Notes: generated by a model from the sequence alone, not told the origin. 64,000 nt of DNA from an uncultured cyanobacterium (GCA_963706595.1 OY970166.1:2240001-2304000); one strand, 5' to 3'; positions 22,892 through 32,079 are shown, counted from the first letter of the stretch. Translations and numbers: made by a program.

Positions 22892-24175
22892 TCACGCTAT
22901 CGCTTCTTGCTTGAGTTTGAAGTAGTAATAAAGATTAGCAACAGTCATGTTTGATATATCTTCCCAATTTGCAGGAGCTAAAGCATTCAATCCCAAAGCC
23001 TTCGCTTGTTGAATAATATAGGATTCATGCGACCGACGCAACTCAGGTTTTAACATCATCTTGAGTTGCTCACGTAAAGATAATGTCTGAGACTTTTTCT
23101 GCAACTTTTCGTAAAACAACACTTCTGAAGGTATTGAATCTGTAGAAGTTTCAGCTACATCTGAATTAGCATTTTCTTCCCACAAAATAGAACCGGAACT
23201 TTGGAGCATTTTCATATCTGACTCTGCCAGTGAAGACTGCCAACTTAGATGATTGCGCCAAGACTCGATTACAACTAAATCATGGTTGTGAATCCGTAAG
23301 ATTTCAGGAAATAACAAGTCAATCTCATCATTTTTAGAAGAAGTTACTAAATTGAAACTATCTTGACTAATTTTATCCTCAATATGATGTAGGCGATCGC
23401 TCACTACTTCATAGGCTTCTTGTAATTGATATGTGAGTGTAATTGTCTGATCAATTGCCCAAACACATTCGAGTCTACGTAGTTTCCCTAGAGTACATAT
23501 ATCTTGATATATAGCTGGATTACTATAATCTGCAAGAGCCTTGTATAACATCCCTTGTATATTTATTATAGCTGCATTCCTAGCACTTTTATCTGGTAAT
23601 TGTAATGAATTTCTCAGCCACTTAAGTGCTTGAAAAAACTGCCCATAAGCCTGGGCTAAAATTGTACGATGATGTTTAAATTCAATTTCTTGAGCAACTT
23701 CATCAATACGTTGAATGATTTCTGTTCCTTGTCCTTCTAAGGCTTGCTTCATGTCAATAAAGCCATCAGAGACTTGCAGTCGTAGTTGCTTGACATCTTC
23801 TCTGAGTTTCAATATCTGATGCAAGTTTACTGCTGATAAAGCTACCGTTGCTACAGTTCCGACACCAATGACTGCTGTAGTCGCTTGTAAAACTCCGACA
23901 CTGTTCTGAAGCTTATCAAGCATTTTATAAGTTTTTTGAAACCCCATGTGAGTTTGAGCCATTTGCAAGCCACCCATGAAAAGTTGAGCAGGCGCAAATA
24001 ACGGATCTATGGCTACTCCAGGTATGTGACGTGCAATACCAACAGCATTAGCTACAAATTGCCCTGTTGTTTTATTTCTGGCTAGTCCTATTAATTCTCC
24101 TGTACCTGTGCGAACAATTTCGTACATACCAGAGTCAATCCCTGCTTGAATGACAGGAGCAAATTGAAACAACAT
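22892..24175 (-). CDS. Hypothetical protein with hydrophobic segment and coiled coil
   Basis: 427 aa ORF; AVIGVGTVATVALSAV followed by heptads; no family recognised. Confidence 0.7.
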   Translation of the reverse strand: MLFQFAPVIQAGIDSGMYEIVRTGTGELIGLARNKTTGQFVANAVGIARHIPGVAIDPLFAPAQLFMGGLQMAQTHMGFQKTYKMLDKLQNSVGVLQATTAVIGVGTVATVALSAVNLHQILKLREDVKQLRLQVSDGFIDMKQALEGQGTEIIQRIDEVAQEIEFKHHRTILAQAYGQFFQALKWLRNSLQLPDKSARNAAIINIQGMLYKALADYSNPAIYQDICTLGKLRRLECVWAIDQTITLTYQLQEAYEVVSDRLHHIEDKISQDSFNLVTSSKNDEIDLLFPEILRIHNHDLVVIESWRNHLSWQSSLAESDMKMLQSSGSILWEENANSDVAETSTDSIPSEVLFYEKLQKKSQTLSLREQLKMMLKPELRRSHESYIIQQAKALGLNALAPANWEDISNMTVANLYYYFKLKQEAIA

Positions 24176-24327
24176 TATTTTATATCATAAAAGCTCATCT
24201 CAGCATATCTTTTGATTTATTCAAACTGTAACAGTATTTTTACTGAATTGCTTAGATTCAATTTAGGGTATATTAAATTATAAAGAATTACTTTTCGCAT
24301 TCAGAGTTCAGTCAAGGTTTACCAATA

Positions 24328-25359
24328 ATGAATAACTACCTAAATACATTTTTTGATGCTAGTGCATCAGTTGACATATTACTGAATAATGATTTAAGTT
24401 CTGAAGAAATTAAGAAATCTGCTACAAAATTACAACAAACAATTCAACCCTGCATTAAAGAAATTCAAGAATCTGCTGCAAAATTACAACAATTGATGTT
24501 GTTATCTTTTGATGAACTGCAATATGGTTTAGATGTTTTGCAAAGCAAGCCTAAAATTGCCAAAGTAGTAACATCTGAAATATGGGAACAGCTTGGTGAA
24601 ATGAGTGGGCATTATATTAAGATTAGTCAATCAAGTAATCGATGCAAAAATGAAGCTATAGAAGATAGTAGAAACTTTTGGAACACTCAAATGAGATTCC
24701 TAAAAAACAAATACTTTATTGATAAAAATGGTCAATCTAAAAAAGCAGTGGGTTGGGATGAGAAAAAAATGTTTGTGAATGATATAAAAAATGAAGTGAA
24801 TAAGCTAGACACAGAATTGTATATAAACATAAAAATGTCATTAGAATCAATATATAAAGAAGTTGCAGAAATTAATCTGGAGACAATGGTGCATTATATT
24901 GAAATATCATATTTTAGTTTTGCTAATCAGTGTAAACTAGCTGATATAAAGCAGCGATTAGAGTTAATAAAACATGAAATTATAACTAAATTTCAAAATC
25001 CTATAGGAAATTCACCTGAATATGTATTAAAACTACTAAATCGCAACAGTGCAGATTTATTTTTTTTGGTAGAAGGAACTTGGGGTAGTATTTTGTGGGA
25101 AGATGTTGTGAAGTTTGAAAATAAAGTATTGAACAACATCGAAAATTTGATTACAGCTATTTTCGACAACAGAATTAAATTGGTAACTGATGCCATCGAA
25201 AAAATAATTGAATTTTACAATAATTTTTTGGCTAAACAACAGCGATATCAGCGAGAAACACCGGAACAGCAATTAGCGGAAAAAACCTGGATTGACAAGC
25301 AACGTCAAGACTTAATGCAAGTTCAGAATTTTTTGGAAGTGATTCTGAATGGGAATTGA
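24328..25359 (+). CDS. Hypothetical all-helical protein
   Basis: 343 aa AT-rich ORF, coiled-coil C-terminus; no enzymatic motif seen. Confidence 0.65.
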   Translation: MNNYLNTFFDASASVDILLNNDLSSEEIKKSATKLQQTIQPCIKEIQESAAKLQQLMLLSFDELQYGLDVLQSKPKIAKVVTSEIWEQLGEMSGHYIKISQSSNRCKNEAIEDSRNFWNTQMRFLKNKYFIDKNGQSKKAVGWDEKKMFVNDIKNEVNKLDTELYINIKMSLESIYKEVAEINLETMVHYIEISYFSFANQCKLADIKQRLELIKHEIITKFQNPIGNSPEYVLKLLNRNSADLFFLVEGTWGSILWEDVVKFENKVLNNIENLITAIFDNRIKLVTDAIEKIIEFYNNFLAKQQRYQRETPEQQLAEKTWIDKQRQDLMQVQNFLEVILNGN

Positions 25360-25417
25360 TAGAAAAGGCACATAGTATTTGAGAGTAGCTCAGTAATTTA
25401 CATTTTTTATAAACATT

Positions 25418-26947
25418 ATGCTTGCTAGAGTTTGGAGTGCATCTATTGTGGGCATCGATGCCGTGAAAGTCGGTGTTGAAGTCGATATTTCAGGGGGTTT
25501 ACCGGGAATTGTGGTGTTGGGTCTTCCAGATTCGGCGGTGCAAGAATCTAAGGAGAGGGTAAAAGCGACGCTGAAAAATGCTGGTTTTGCTTTCCCGATG
25601 CGGAAAATTGTGATTAACCTGACTCCGGCTGATTTACGCAAGGAAGGGCCATGTTTCGATTTACCCATTAGTGTGGGGATTTTGGCGGCTTCTGAGCAAG
25701 TTAGTGCTGATTTGTTGGGAGATTATCTTTTTTTGGGTGAAGTCTCCTTAGATGGTAGTTTACGTCCTGTGGCTGGGGTTTTACCCATTGCGGCTACAGC
25801 CCAAAAAATGGGAATTGCAGGTTTAGTTGTTCCAGTAGATAATGCTCAAGAAGCTTCGGTAGTTGCAGGATTGGCGGTTTACGGTTGCAAAAATATCGCT
25901 GAGGTGGTGGATTTGTTGAATAATCCAGGGCGTTACAAACCTGTACAGCCAGATAATTCACAACCGTTACCCAAAACGGCTTATCCTGGCGCAGACTTAA
26001 AAGATGTCAAAGGTCAGGCTCATGCTCGTCGGGCTTTGGAAATTGCAGCTGCTGGAGGTCATAATCTTATATTCGTCGGACCTCCTGGGAGTGGGAAAAC
26101 GATGTTAGCTCGACGTTTACCGGGTATTTTACCACCTTTGGAGTTTGCGGAATCTTTAGAAGTGACTCGGATTCACTCGGTGGCTGGGTTGTTGAAAAAT
26201 CGCGGTTCCTTAGTACGCGATCGCCCTTTTCGCAGTCCTCACCATTCAGCATCGGGACCTTCTCTGGTTGGTGGTGGTAGTTTTCCCCGTCCTGGGGAGA
26301 TATCTTTATCACATTTTGGGATCTTATTTCTGGATGAGTTGACAGAGTTTAAGCGCGATGTTTTAGAATTTCTCCGCCAACCTTTAGAAGATGGTTATGT
26401 GACAATTTCCCGCACTAGACAATCGGTGATGTTTCCGGCGCAATTTACTTTAGTCGCCAGTACCAATCCCTGTCCTTGCGGTTATTATGGCGATACTATT
26501 CAACAGTGTACCTGTTCACCCAGACAACGGGAAAATTATTGGGCAAAGCTTTCGGGACCTTTGATGGATCGGATTGATTTACAAGTTGCAGTGAATCGTT
26601 TAAAGCCAGAGGAAATTACCCAACAACCTACGGGAGAAGCTTCAACTTCAGTTTTAGAGAGAGTTACAAAAGCACGCGATCGCGCCGTTAAACGTTTTCA
26701 AGGAGAACCAAATCTGCGTTGCAATGCTCAAATGCAAAGCCATCATCTTCAGAAATGGTGCAAGTTAGATGATACTAGCCGCAGTTTATTGGAAGCAGCA
26801 ATTAGAAAATTAGGCTTATCTGCAAGGGCGAGCGATCGCATTCTCAAAGTCGGGCGGACTATTGCAGATTTAGCTGGGGAAGAGGAATTAAAAGCCAATC
26901 ATATAGCTGAAGCGATTCAATACCGCACAATCGATAGGATGCAATAA
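25418..26947 (+). CDS. comM: YifB/ComM family Mg-chelatase-like AAA+ ATPase
   Basis: INLTPADLRKEG, GPPGSGKT, PHHSAS, LFLDELTEF, NPCPCG, SGPLMDRID. Confidence 0.92.
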   Translation: MLARVWSASIVGIDAVKVGVEVDISGGLPGIVVLGLPDSAVQESKERVKATLKNAGFAFPMRKIVINLTPADLRKEGPCFDLPISVGILAASEQVSADLLGDYLFLGEVSLDGSLRPVAGVLPIAATAQKMGIAGLVVPVDNAQEASVVAGLAVYGCKNIAEVVDLLNNPGRYKPVQPDNSQPLPKTAYPGADLKDVKGQAHARRALEIAAAGGHNLIFVGPPGSGKTMLARRLPGILPPLEFAESLEVTRIHSVAGLLKNRGSLVRDRPFRSPHHSASGPSLVGGGSFPRPGEISLSHFGILFLDELTEFKRDVLEFLRQPLEDGYVTISRTRQSVMFPAQFTLVASTNPCPCGYYGDTIQQCTCSPRQRENYWAKLSGPLMDRIDLQVAVNRLKPEEITQQPTGEASTSVLERVTKARDRAVKRFQGEPNLRCNAQMQSHHLQKWCKLDDTSRSLLEAAIRKLGLSARASDRILKVGRTIADLAGEEELKANHIAEAIQYRTIDRMQ

Positions 26948-27127
26948 GGCATAATGTAAAAATAATTAGTACAAAATTTATTTTGAATAGCTTGCTGAAT
27001 CTAACTTTCATATAAAAATTGTTCAGGTTATTTTTACACAAATCCTAATCAAATAACATTTTTCGGATAGGTTAGTTGGTAATTGCAGTTGCATCCAATA
27101 GTTAATCCTTGGTTAAGTCAACTCAAT

Positions 27128-29215
27128 TTATCCCCCGCCAGAAGGATCGCTGCCACATACAGGGCAGATATACATCCATTTTCCTTTATGTTCTGGATGA
27201 TCTGAGTGTCTATGGAAACAGTTAGGAAACTTAAGGATACGGTGATTTTTACCGTAGCAATGTTGGACAACCCAGAATTGACCACATTTAGGACATGAAC
27301 AATATAGACCTGTCCCTGTTCCAGACCTGGAACTACCTGATATTACGCGACTAGTCAATTCTTGTTGACTTATTTTATTTGGTATCCAACTAGTCTGAGT
27401 GTCTTGTTCCAAATTAAGTTTATGTCCGCAAAATAGACAGTCGGTAGAAAAGCTACCGTGGTACTGAAACATTAATCTAATTAATCTATTAAGCTGCCTA
27501 TTCACCCCTACACCTGGCTTAAGTGCAATTGCTCCATATTTGTGGCTAATAAATCTATCTTCACTTCTTCCAAGGGTGTCATCAAACTTTTCCTTTAGTA
27601 CCCTGTTGATAGGGACTTCACCCCAAAAATCAATTTGTTGATCTGTATGCAAAATAAAACTAGCTTTTCCTCTTAAAGAATACAAGTATTTATCTCTAGC
27701 AACATCTATAACATCAGAAATAAACTGTTTACTCCCTTGGTGTTTATAGTTACGATATTTAGCATCAAAATAGTAAGTATTTGTGTCACTATTGGTTGAT
27801 ATATCTATCCTAATATCAGGAATTTTTAATTGATTGGAATTAGTATATTGCTTTGGTTGATACCATAGTGAAACATTGAATTGACTACCATCATCAAAAG
27901 CACCTTGAAGACGAAATACATTATTTGTAGGTATTTTAATCTCTCCTTTCTCAATTCGCATACTCTCAAAAAGAGTAGTTTCATTTAAGGGAGGACGCAT
28001 ATTCAAATTTGTAACAAAAGCATTATAGAGCCTGACAAAGCACCAAATTTCGTATAGTTCCCATGTAGAACGAACTTGACCTTGATAGATAGCTTTAAAG
28101 AGCTTAATAACTGGTTGAATCTTAGGAAAAATACTGCTTTCGCAATTCATGTACTCTTCAAAAATAGGAGCATAAGCGGGAGAGCTAATTAATCGCTGAG
28201 ATGGTAAAGGTAGTTGAGTGGGAGTTAGTACATTCTGTAAAAATGGAGTATGACGGACGTAAGTTGCCCATTCTGCACACTCTTGAAGTTGAGCTACTAT
28301 TTTCGATATATTTTTCCTTTCCTCTTCCCTTTGCTGATTAAATTTTTTAACTCGCTCTTTAGCTCTAGCCAAAAAGCTTAACATTGCTGGTTCATTGGCA
28401 TAATTAAGAGGTGAAAAGAAGCTATCATCAATTCCTAAGTCTTCAAGTGAATGAAAAATCCCATTAACTAAATCCTTTAAATAAACATCTAGTACATAAC
28501 ATAAAAATTCATTTTCAGAGCATTGAGTAGATTCAACTTTGGTTAAAGCTAGAATTCTTTGTTTAGAAGCATCTATCTTGGCTTTGATTATAACTTGAGG
28601 CGAATTGATTAATTTTCGTGTATCAACTAAACCTAACTCTCTAGAAAAACTTTTCAGGGGACGTTTTTCTATTATTGCCCAGTTACTTTGAACAACTGAT
28701 GCTAGTTTTAATATGGAAGTTGCTGTTAATAATAAACCTCTGCTGTCAGAGTATCCCATTCCAATCATTGCAGTTTCTACGTCTTCCCCTACAGAAACTT
28801 GTAATTGATTGGTAACACAACTAGATGTAGAAAGTCCTAGTAATCCTATTTCAGTAATTAATTGTTCTAGTTCCTGCTCTGTTAAGCCAGCTGGTTTCAC
28901 TAACAAAAAAGCTTCAGGACTACTATCTATGGGTTCACCGGAAGCATTCAAGAGTATAGCGGTTATTTGTCCTGTTCTTGACGCTACTCCTTTACTGATT
29001 TCTCGCTCGTGTTTCGTTCTTTGAGGGAGTTCCCACCTATTGCTGCCTATTTTTAGGAGTGGAATTATAGAATCACCCTTTAAACCAACACTTCCATTCC
29101 ATAAACCCTCTATCTCAACATACCAACGTCCACTGTACTGGCGAGTGTATTGTGCATCATCTTCCCAAGGTAGCTCACCTCTGGAGTCAGCAAAATTAAT
29201 TTTTGGATAAGCCAT
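27128..29215 (-). CDS. McrC-like nuclease (DUF2357-like region + PD-(D/E)xK) with C-terminal Cys-rich/Zn-ribbon region
   Basis: WELYEIWCF, IPDIRI...YYFDAKYR nuclease motifs; ENEFL motif; C-terminal CLFC, CSCPKC, CPVC; starts 11 nt after the McrB-like gene. Confidence 0.8.
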   Translation of the reverse strand: MAYPKINFADSRGELPWEDDAQYTRQYSGRWYVEIEGLWNGSVGLKGDSIIPLLKIGSNRWELPQRTKHEREISKGVASRTGQITAILLNASGEPIDSSPEAFLLVKPAGLTEQELEQLITEIGLLGLSTSSCVTNQLQVSVGEDVETAMIGMGYSDSRGLLLTATSILKLASVVQSNWAIIEKRPLKSFSRELGLVDTRKLINSPQVIIKAKIDASKQRILALTKVESTQCSENEFLCYVLDVYLKDLVNGIFHSLEDLGIDDSFFSPLNYANEPAMLSFLARAKERVKKFNQQREEERKNISKIVAQLQECAEWATYVRHTPFLQNVLTPTQLPLPSQRLISSPAYAPIFEEYMNCESSIFPKIQPVIKLFKAIYQGQVRSTWELYEIWCFVRLYNAFVTNLNMRPPLNETTLFESMRIEKGEIKIPTNNVFRLQGAFDDGSQFNVSLWYQPKQYTNSNQLKIPDIRIDISTNSDTNTYYFDAKYRNYKHQGSKQFISDVIDVARDKYLYSLRGKASFILHTDQQIDFWGEVPINRVLKEKFDDTLGRSEDRFISHKYGAIALKPGVGVNRQLNRLIRLMFQYHGSFSTDCLFCGHKLNLEQDTQTSWIPNKISQQELTSRVISGSSRSGTGTGLYCSCPKCGQFWVVQHCYGKNHRILKFPNCFHRHSDHPEHKGKWMYICPVCGSDPSGGG

Positions 29216-29226
29216 AAACGTTCACT

Positions 29227-31473
29227 TTATCCCCAGTAGCTAACATTGCGCCGTCTAGTATCTTGGATTTGATTTCGTAAATTTTCAATTACATCTGGAG
29301 TACCGAACTGAGAATAATTATTTTCAATTTCCTCTAGCCATTCAAGGCAAATATTTTCTCGCTCTTCATCCTTGAAAAAAGAAATTCTAGGCAGAAGTTT
29401 CGTAAAGAGAAAGTATCCTATACATTCTTTGGCTGTTAATCCAATAATTTTAGAAGCAGTATAGAAAACTTTATAATCTCTTTTTACTCGATATCCTAAA
29501 GGTATTCCGCACTGAGATAAGTAACGAGAGTTCCAATTTGAGATAGTATCCCAACCAGAAATTCTGTTGGGAGTTCCGAGAAGTTGATTATCTAATTCTT
29601 TAAATAAAGATGTTATAAATGTTCCTGCAATTGGATTGCTAGAAAGGGGCGAATTTGTATTTTCAGTAAAATCAGGCAAAGGATAGGTAATGATGAAGGA
29701 TTTATCTATTACTTTTGGACTGATGTTATAAGTGGTTTCGTCTGAATTTAGAGTTCCAATCAAAACTAAGTTTTTGGGAATTAAAAATTCCGCAGGATAA
29801 TTACTTAAAATATGTTGAAGTTTAGCCAGTCTGTTAATTTGTTCAGATGTTTTTGATTTTTGGGATTGTAACAGCTTAATTTCTTGCCTAATTTGTATTT
29901 CTATACTAGGTGAGTAGAGAATTAGCTTTTGCGTTGCTTGACCTTTGGAATATTCTAAAGATGAGAGTAAGTCAGCAGCATAGTTTTCAATTCGAGCTAA
30001 ATTGAGTTCATCCAAACAGACTAAAAAAACTTGTTCAAATTTTTCGTGAGCTTGTTGTAATGCAGTTAAAAAACTGGAGGGATGAAAGCTATCATTAATT
30101 GGATTGTAAAATCCTAACAAATCGCTTGAGTCAGTCCAAGCTGGTCGAACAGGAATAATTTTGCTATTACCATTTAAAATTTTAGCAGATTTTTCTACCA
30201 GGCTTGTTTTACCAATTCCAACCGAGCCATTTAATAAAATAATTTGTCCAGTATATAAAGAAGTTAATACAGATAATAAATAGCTAGTTTTAATATAGTT
30301 GGCTAATAATATACCCCTGGCGTTAACTTCAGCATTCCAGTCTTGATAATTGAGTGAAATTTCTTCCTGCCATCCTTTAATTTTTAATTTTTTATGGTTA
30401 GCTATTTCCTCAGATAATAGTTTTTTGTAATGAACCAAATATTTTATATATATTGGGTCATTTTTACCTCTAACCATACCTAAAAATTCAATCTTACCTC
30501 GAACAACATGATGAAAACGTTTTGTTTGTTCACTGCTTCTAATTTTTAAATATTTGTATTTTTTATCATATCTACTACTATACTCACCTGATGCCTTCTC
30601 AATTCCAAACTTTTGCCAAGCATGAAGCAACGCTTGGATTTGTCGGACAAATTTACGATTTACGTTAGGAAGATGGTTAACTGTTAAACCCGTTACTTCC
30701 TGACGATAGTTTTGAGTTTGCAACCTTACTTTATTCTCATTTACTTCAAAATTATTACTATTAAGTATTTCTCGTAATTCTTCTCCAACAAAAAATCTTC
30801 TTGCAGATCCATTATTAACTACACGTCCTAGTCCTTCTGGAAACTCCTCTAAATTATTAGAAAAAGTGATATCATCAGCATATCTTGTATATGTTGCTTT
30901 ATATTTTTTTGCTAGTTCTAGTAATTGCCTATCCATTTTTGCACATACCATATTTGAGACGATAGGTGAAGTGGGTGCGCCTTGAGGTAACTGATCCTGA
31001 TAGCAGCATATTTGTGCCAGTAGGTTAGCTACTTTATCATTCGCGTTATATGGTTGTGCCATAAACATGGCTCGAACTCTTTCAAAGTTAATTGATGCAA
31101 AAAAGTCTTGAATATCTAAATTTAGAACATATTTCTTTTTAGTATGAGCTTTGGCATTAGTTACAATACTTTTTTTTGCTGTAAAACCATGTACGCATGG
31201 CTTAGGTTGATAAACAGGTTGTAGTATTTCTTTGCTGAGTTTTTTTTGTATATCTAGTAAAGGAAAATATCCTTCTCCTTCATATATTTCATAACGTTCC
31301 GAGCTACTTATTGGTGTTCTTATTGTTCTTACACCACCAGATTTCTTAGGAATTTTAAATTCCCTGTATATTTCATCTACTTGTTCAAGTAGCTCAATTA
31401 AACTATGATAATCAATGCCTAGTTTTTCTGCTACAAGTTCTGGAGATAAGCGATATAAGTCGTTTAAATTCAT
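29227..31473 (-). CDS. Retron-type reverse transcriptase fused to McrB-like AAA+ NTPase
   Basis: RT (about aa 1-355): IPKKSGGVR, NAKAH, LDIQDFF, LPQGAPTSP, YTRYADD, RQEVTGLTVN. AAA+: GSVGIGKT, VRPAWTDSSDLLGFYN, LDELNLA, GTLNSDE. Confidence 0.88.
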   Translation of the reverse strand: MNLNDLYRLSPELVAEKLGIDYHSLIELLEQVDEIYREFKIPKKSGGVRTIRTPISSSERYEIYEGEGYFPLLDIQKKLSKEILQPVYQPKPCVHGFTAKKSIVTNAKAHTKKKYVLNLDIQDFFASINFERVRAMFMAQPYNANDKVANLLAQICCYQDQLPQGAPTSPIVSNMVCAKMDRQLLELAKKYKATYTRYADDITFSNNLEEFPEGLGRVVNNGSARRFFVGEELREILNSNNFEVNENKVRLQTQNYRQEVTGLTVNHLPNVNRKFVRQIQALLHAWQKFGIEKASGEYSSRYDKKYKYLKIRSSEQTKRFHHVVRGKIEFLGMVRGKNDPIYIKYLVHYKKLLSEEIANHKKLKIKGWQEEISLNYQDWNAEVNARGILLANYIKTSYLLSVLTSLYTGQIILLNGSVGIGKTSLVEKSAKILNGNSKIIPVRPAWTDSSDLLGFYNPINDSFHPSSFLTALQQAHEKFEQVFLVCLDELNLARIENYAADLLSSLEYSKGQATQKLILYSPSIEIQIRQEIKLLQSQKSKTSEQINRLAKLQHILSNYPAEFLIPKNLVLIGTLNSDETTYNISPKVIDKSFIITYPLPDFTENTNSPLSSNPIAGTFITSLFKELDNQLLGTPNRISGWDTISNWNSRYLSQCGIPLGYRVKRDYKVFYTASKIIGLTAKECIGYFLFTKLLPRISFFKDEERENICLEWLEEIENNYSQFGTPDVIENLRNQIQDTRRRNVSYWG

Positions 31474-31488
31474 TTAATGTATTCAACA

Positions 31489-31623
31489 AGAAAGGCATAA
31501 GGTTTCTCTAATCGAACATAAAAGCCACCCAAAAGGGCAAGGGTTTAATTCCCCTACCAAAATCAGAGATTTGGTAGCTTCCAACTCGTGGGTATTGAAG
31601 CCTTTAACATCTTATACCCTTCT
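31489..31623 (-). ncRNA. Candidate retron-like ncRNA module 2
   Basis: 13-bp closing stem AGAAGGGUAUAAG/CUUAUGCCUUUCU (2 G-U pairs valid only on the minus strand) enclosing hairpins at 31577-31601 and 31554-31577. Confidence 0.5.
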
Positions 31624-31660
31624 GCCTTCTTCACCAGAGTTTTCATCCTTCTAAATTGTG

Positions 31661-31770
31661 GAGGTATATACAGGTCTATTCCTAAGTGTCTTTTTTTCTT
31701 TTTTATGAAACCTTGCGGTAACTCGTTGCAGGATCAACAACGAAAATCAATAGCTACCTATATATACCTC
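31661..31770 (-). ncRNA. Candidate retron msr-msd ncRNA module 1
   Basis: 15-bp a1/a2-like stem GAGGUAUAUAUAGGU/ACCUGUAUAUACCUC followed by unpaired AG, then hairpins UUCGUUGU..GCAACGAG and ACC-GCAA-GGU; starts just after a promoter and upstream of the retron-type RT. Confidence 0.62.
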
Positions 31771-31775
31771 TCTAT

Positions 31776-31805
31776 ACAGTATTTCTCTTTTGCATATTTT
31801 GTCAA
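31776..31805 (-). promoter_or_regulatory. Sigma70-type promoter of the ncRNA-RT operon
   Basis: Minus strand TTGACA (31805-31800), 18 nt, TACTGT (31781-31776); predicted TSS about 31770 coincides with the stem start. Confidence 0.65.
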
Positions 31806-32079
31806 GACTGTTACACAAATTGAACTAGAATGGAAAATATGATAGGTGGAATTAATGAGCTTATGCAAGCCTAAATTGACAATATTGAGAAGTTATAGCG
31901 ATTTCCAAAGTCGTCAGTATTGAGACAAAATTAACCACAGAGCAGATAAATCTATACCTAAGCTAAACTGAGAAATTCTGTCTCACGAATAGGGCAAAAA
32001 TACCTTTGGGAAGATGTAGCCAACTCATAAACCAGTATCAAATATAGCAGGAGGGCAAAATTTCCTAAATCAGGAGACT

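Noticed and set aside
29227..31473. RT as a group II intron, DGR or CRISPR-associated RT
   Set aside because: No maturase/En domain or intron RNA, no TR/VR repeat pair, no Cas1 fusion; NAxxH and VTG motifs point to retrons. The CRISPR array is 13 kb away with no evident link
31588..31842. 84-aa ORF on the plus strand upstream of the RT
   Set aside because: Antisense to the promoter and structured RNA, with no recognisable motif; likely spurious
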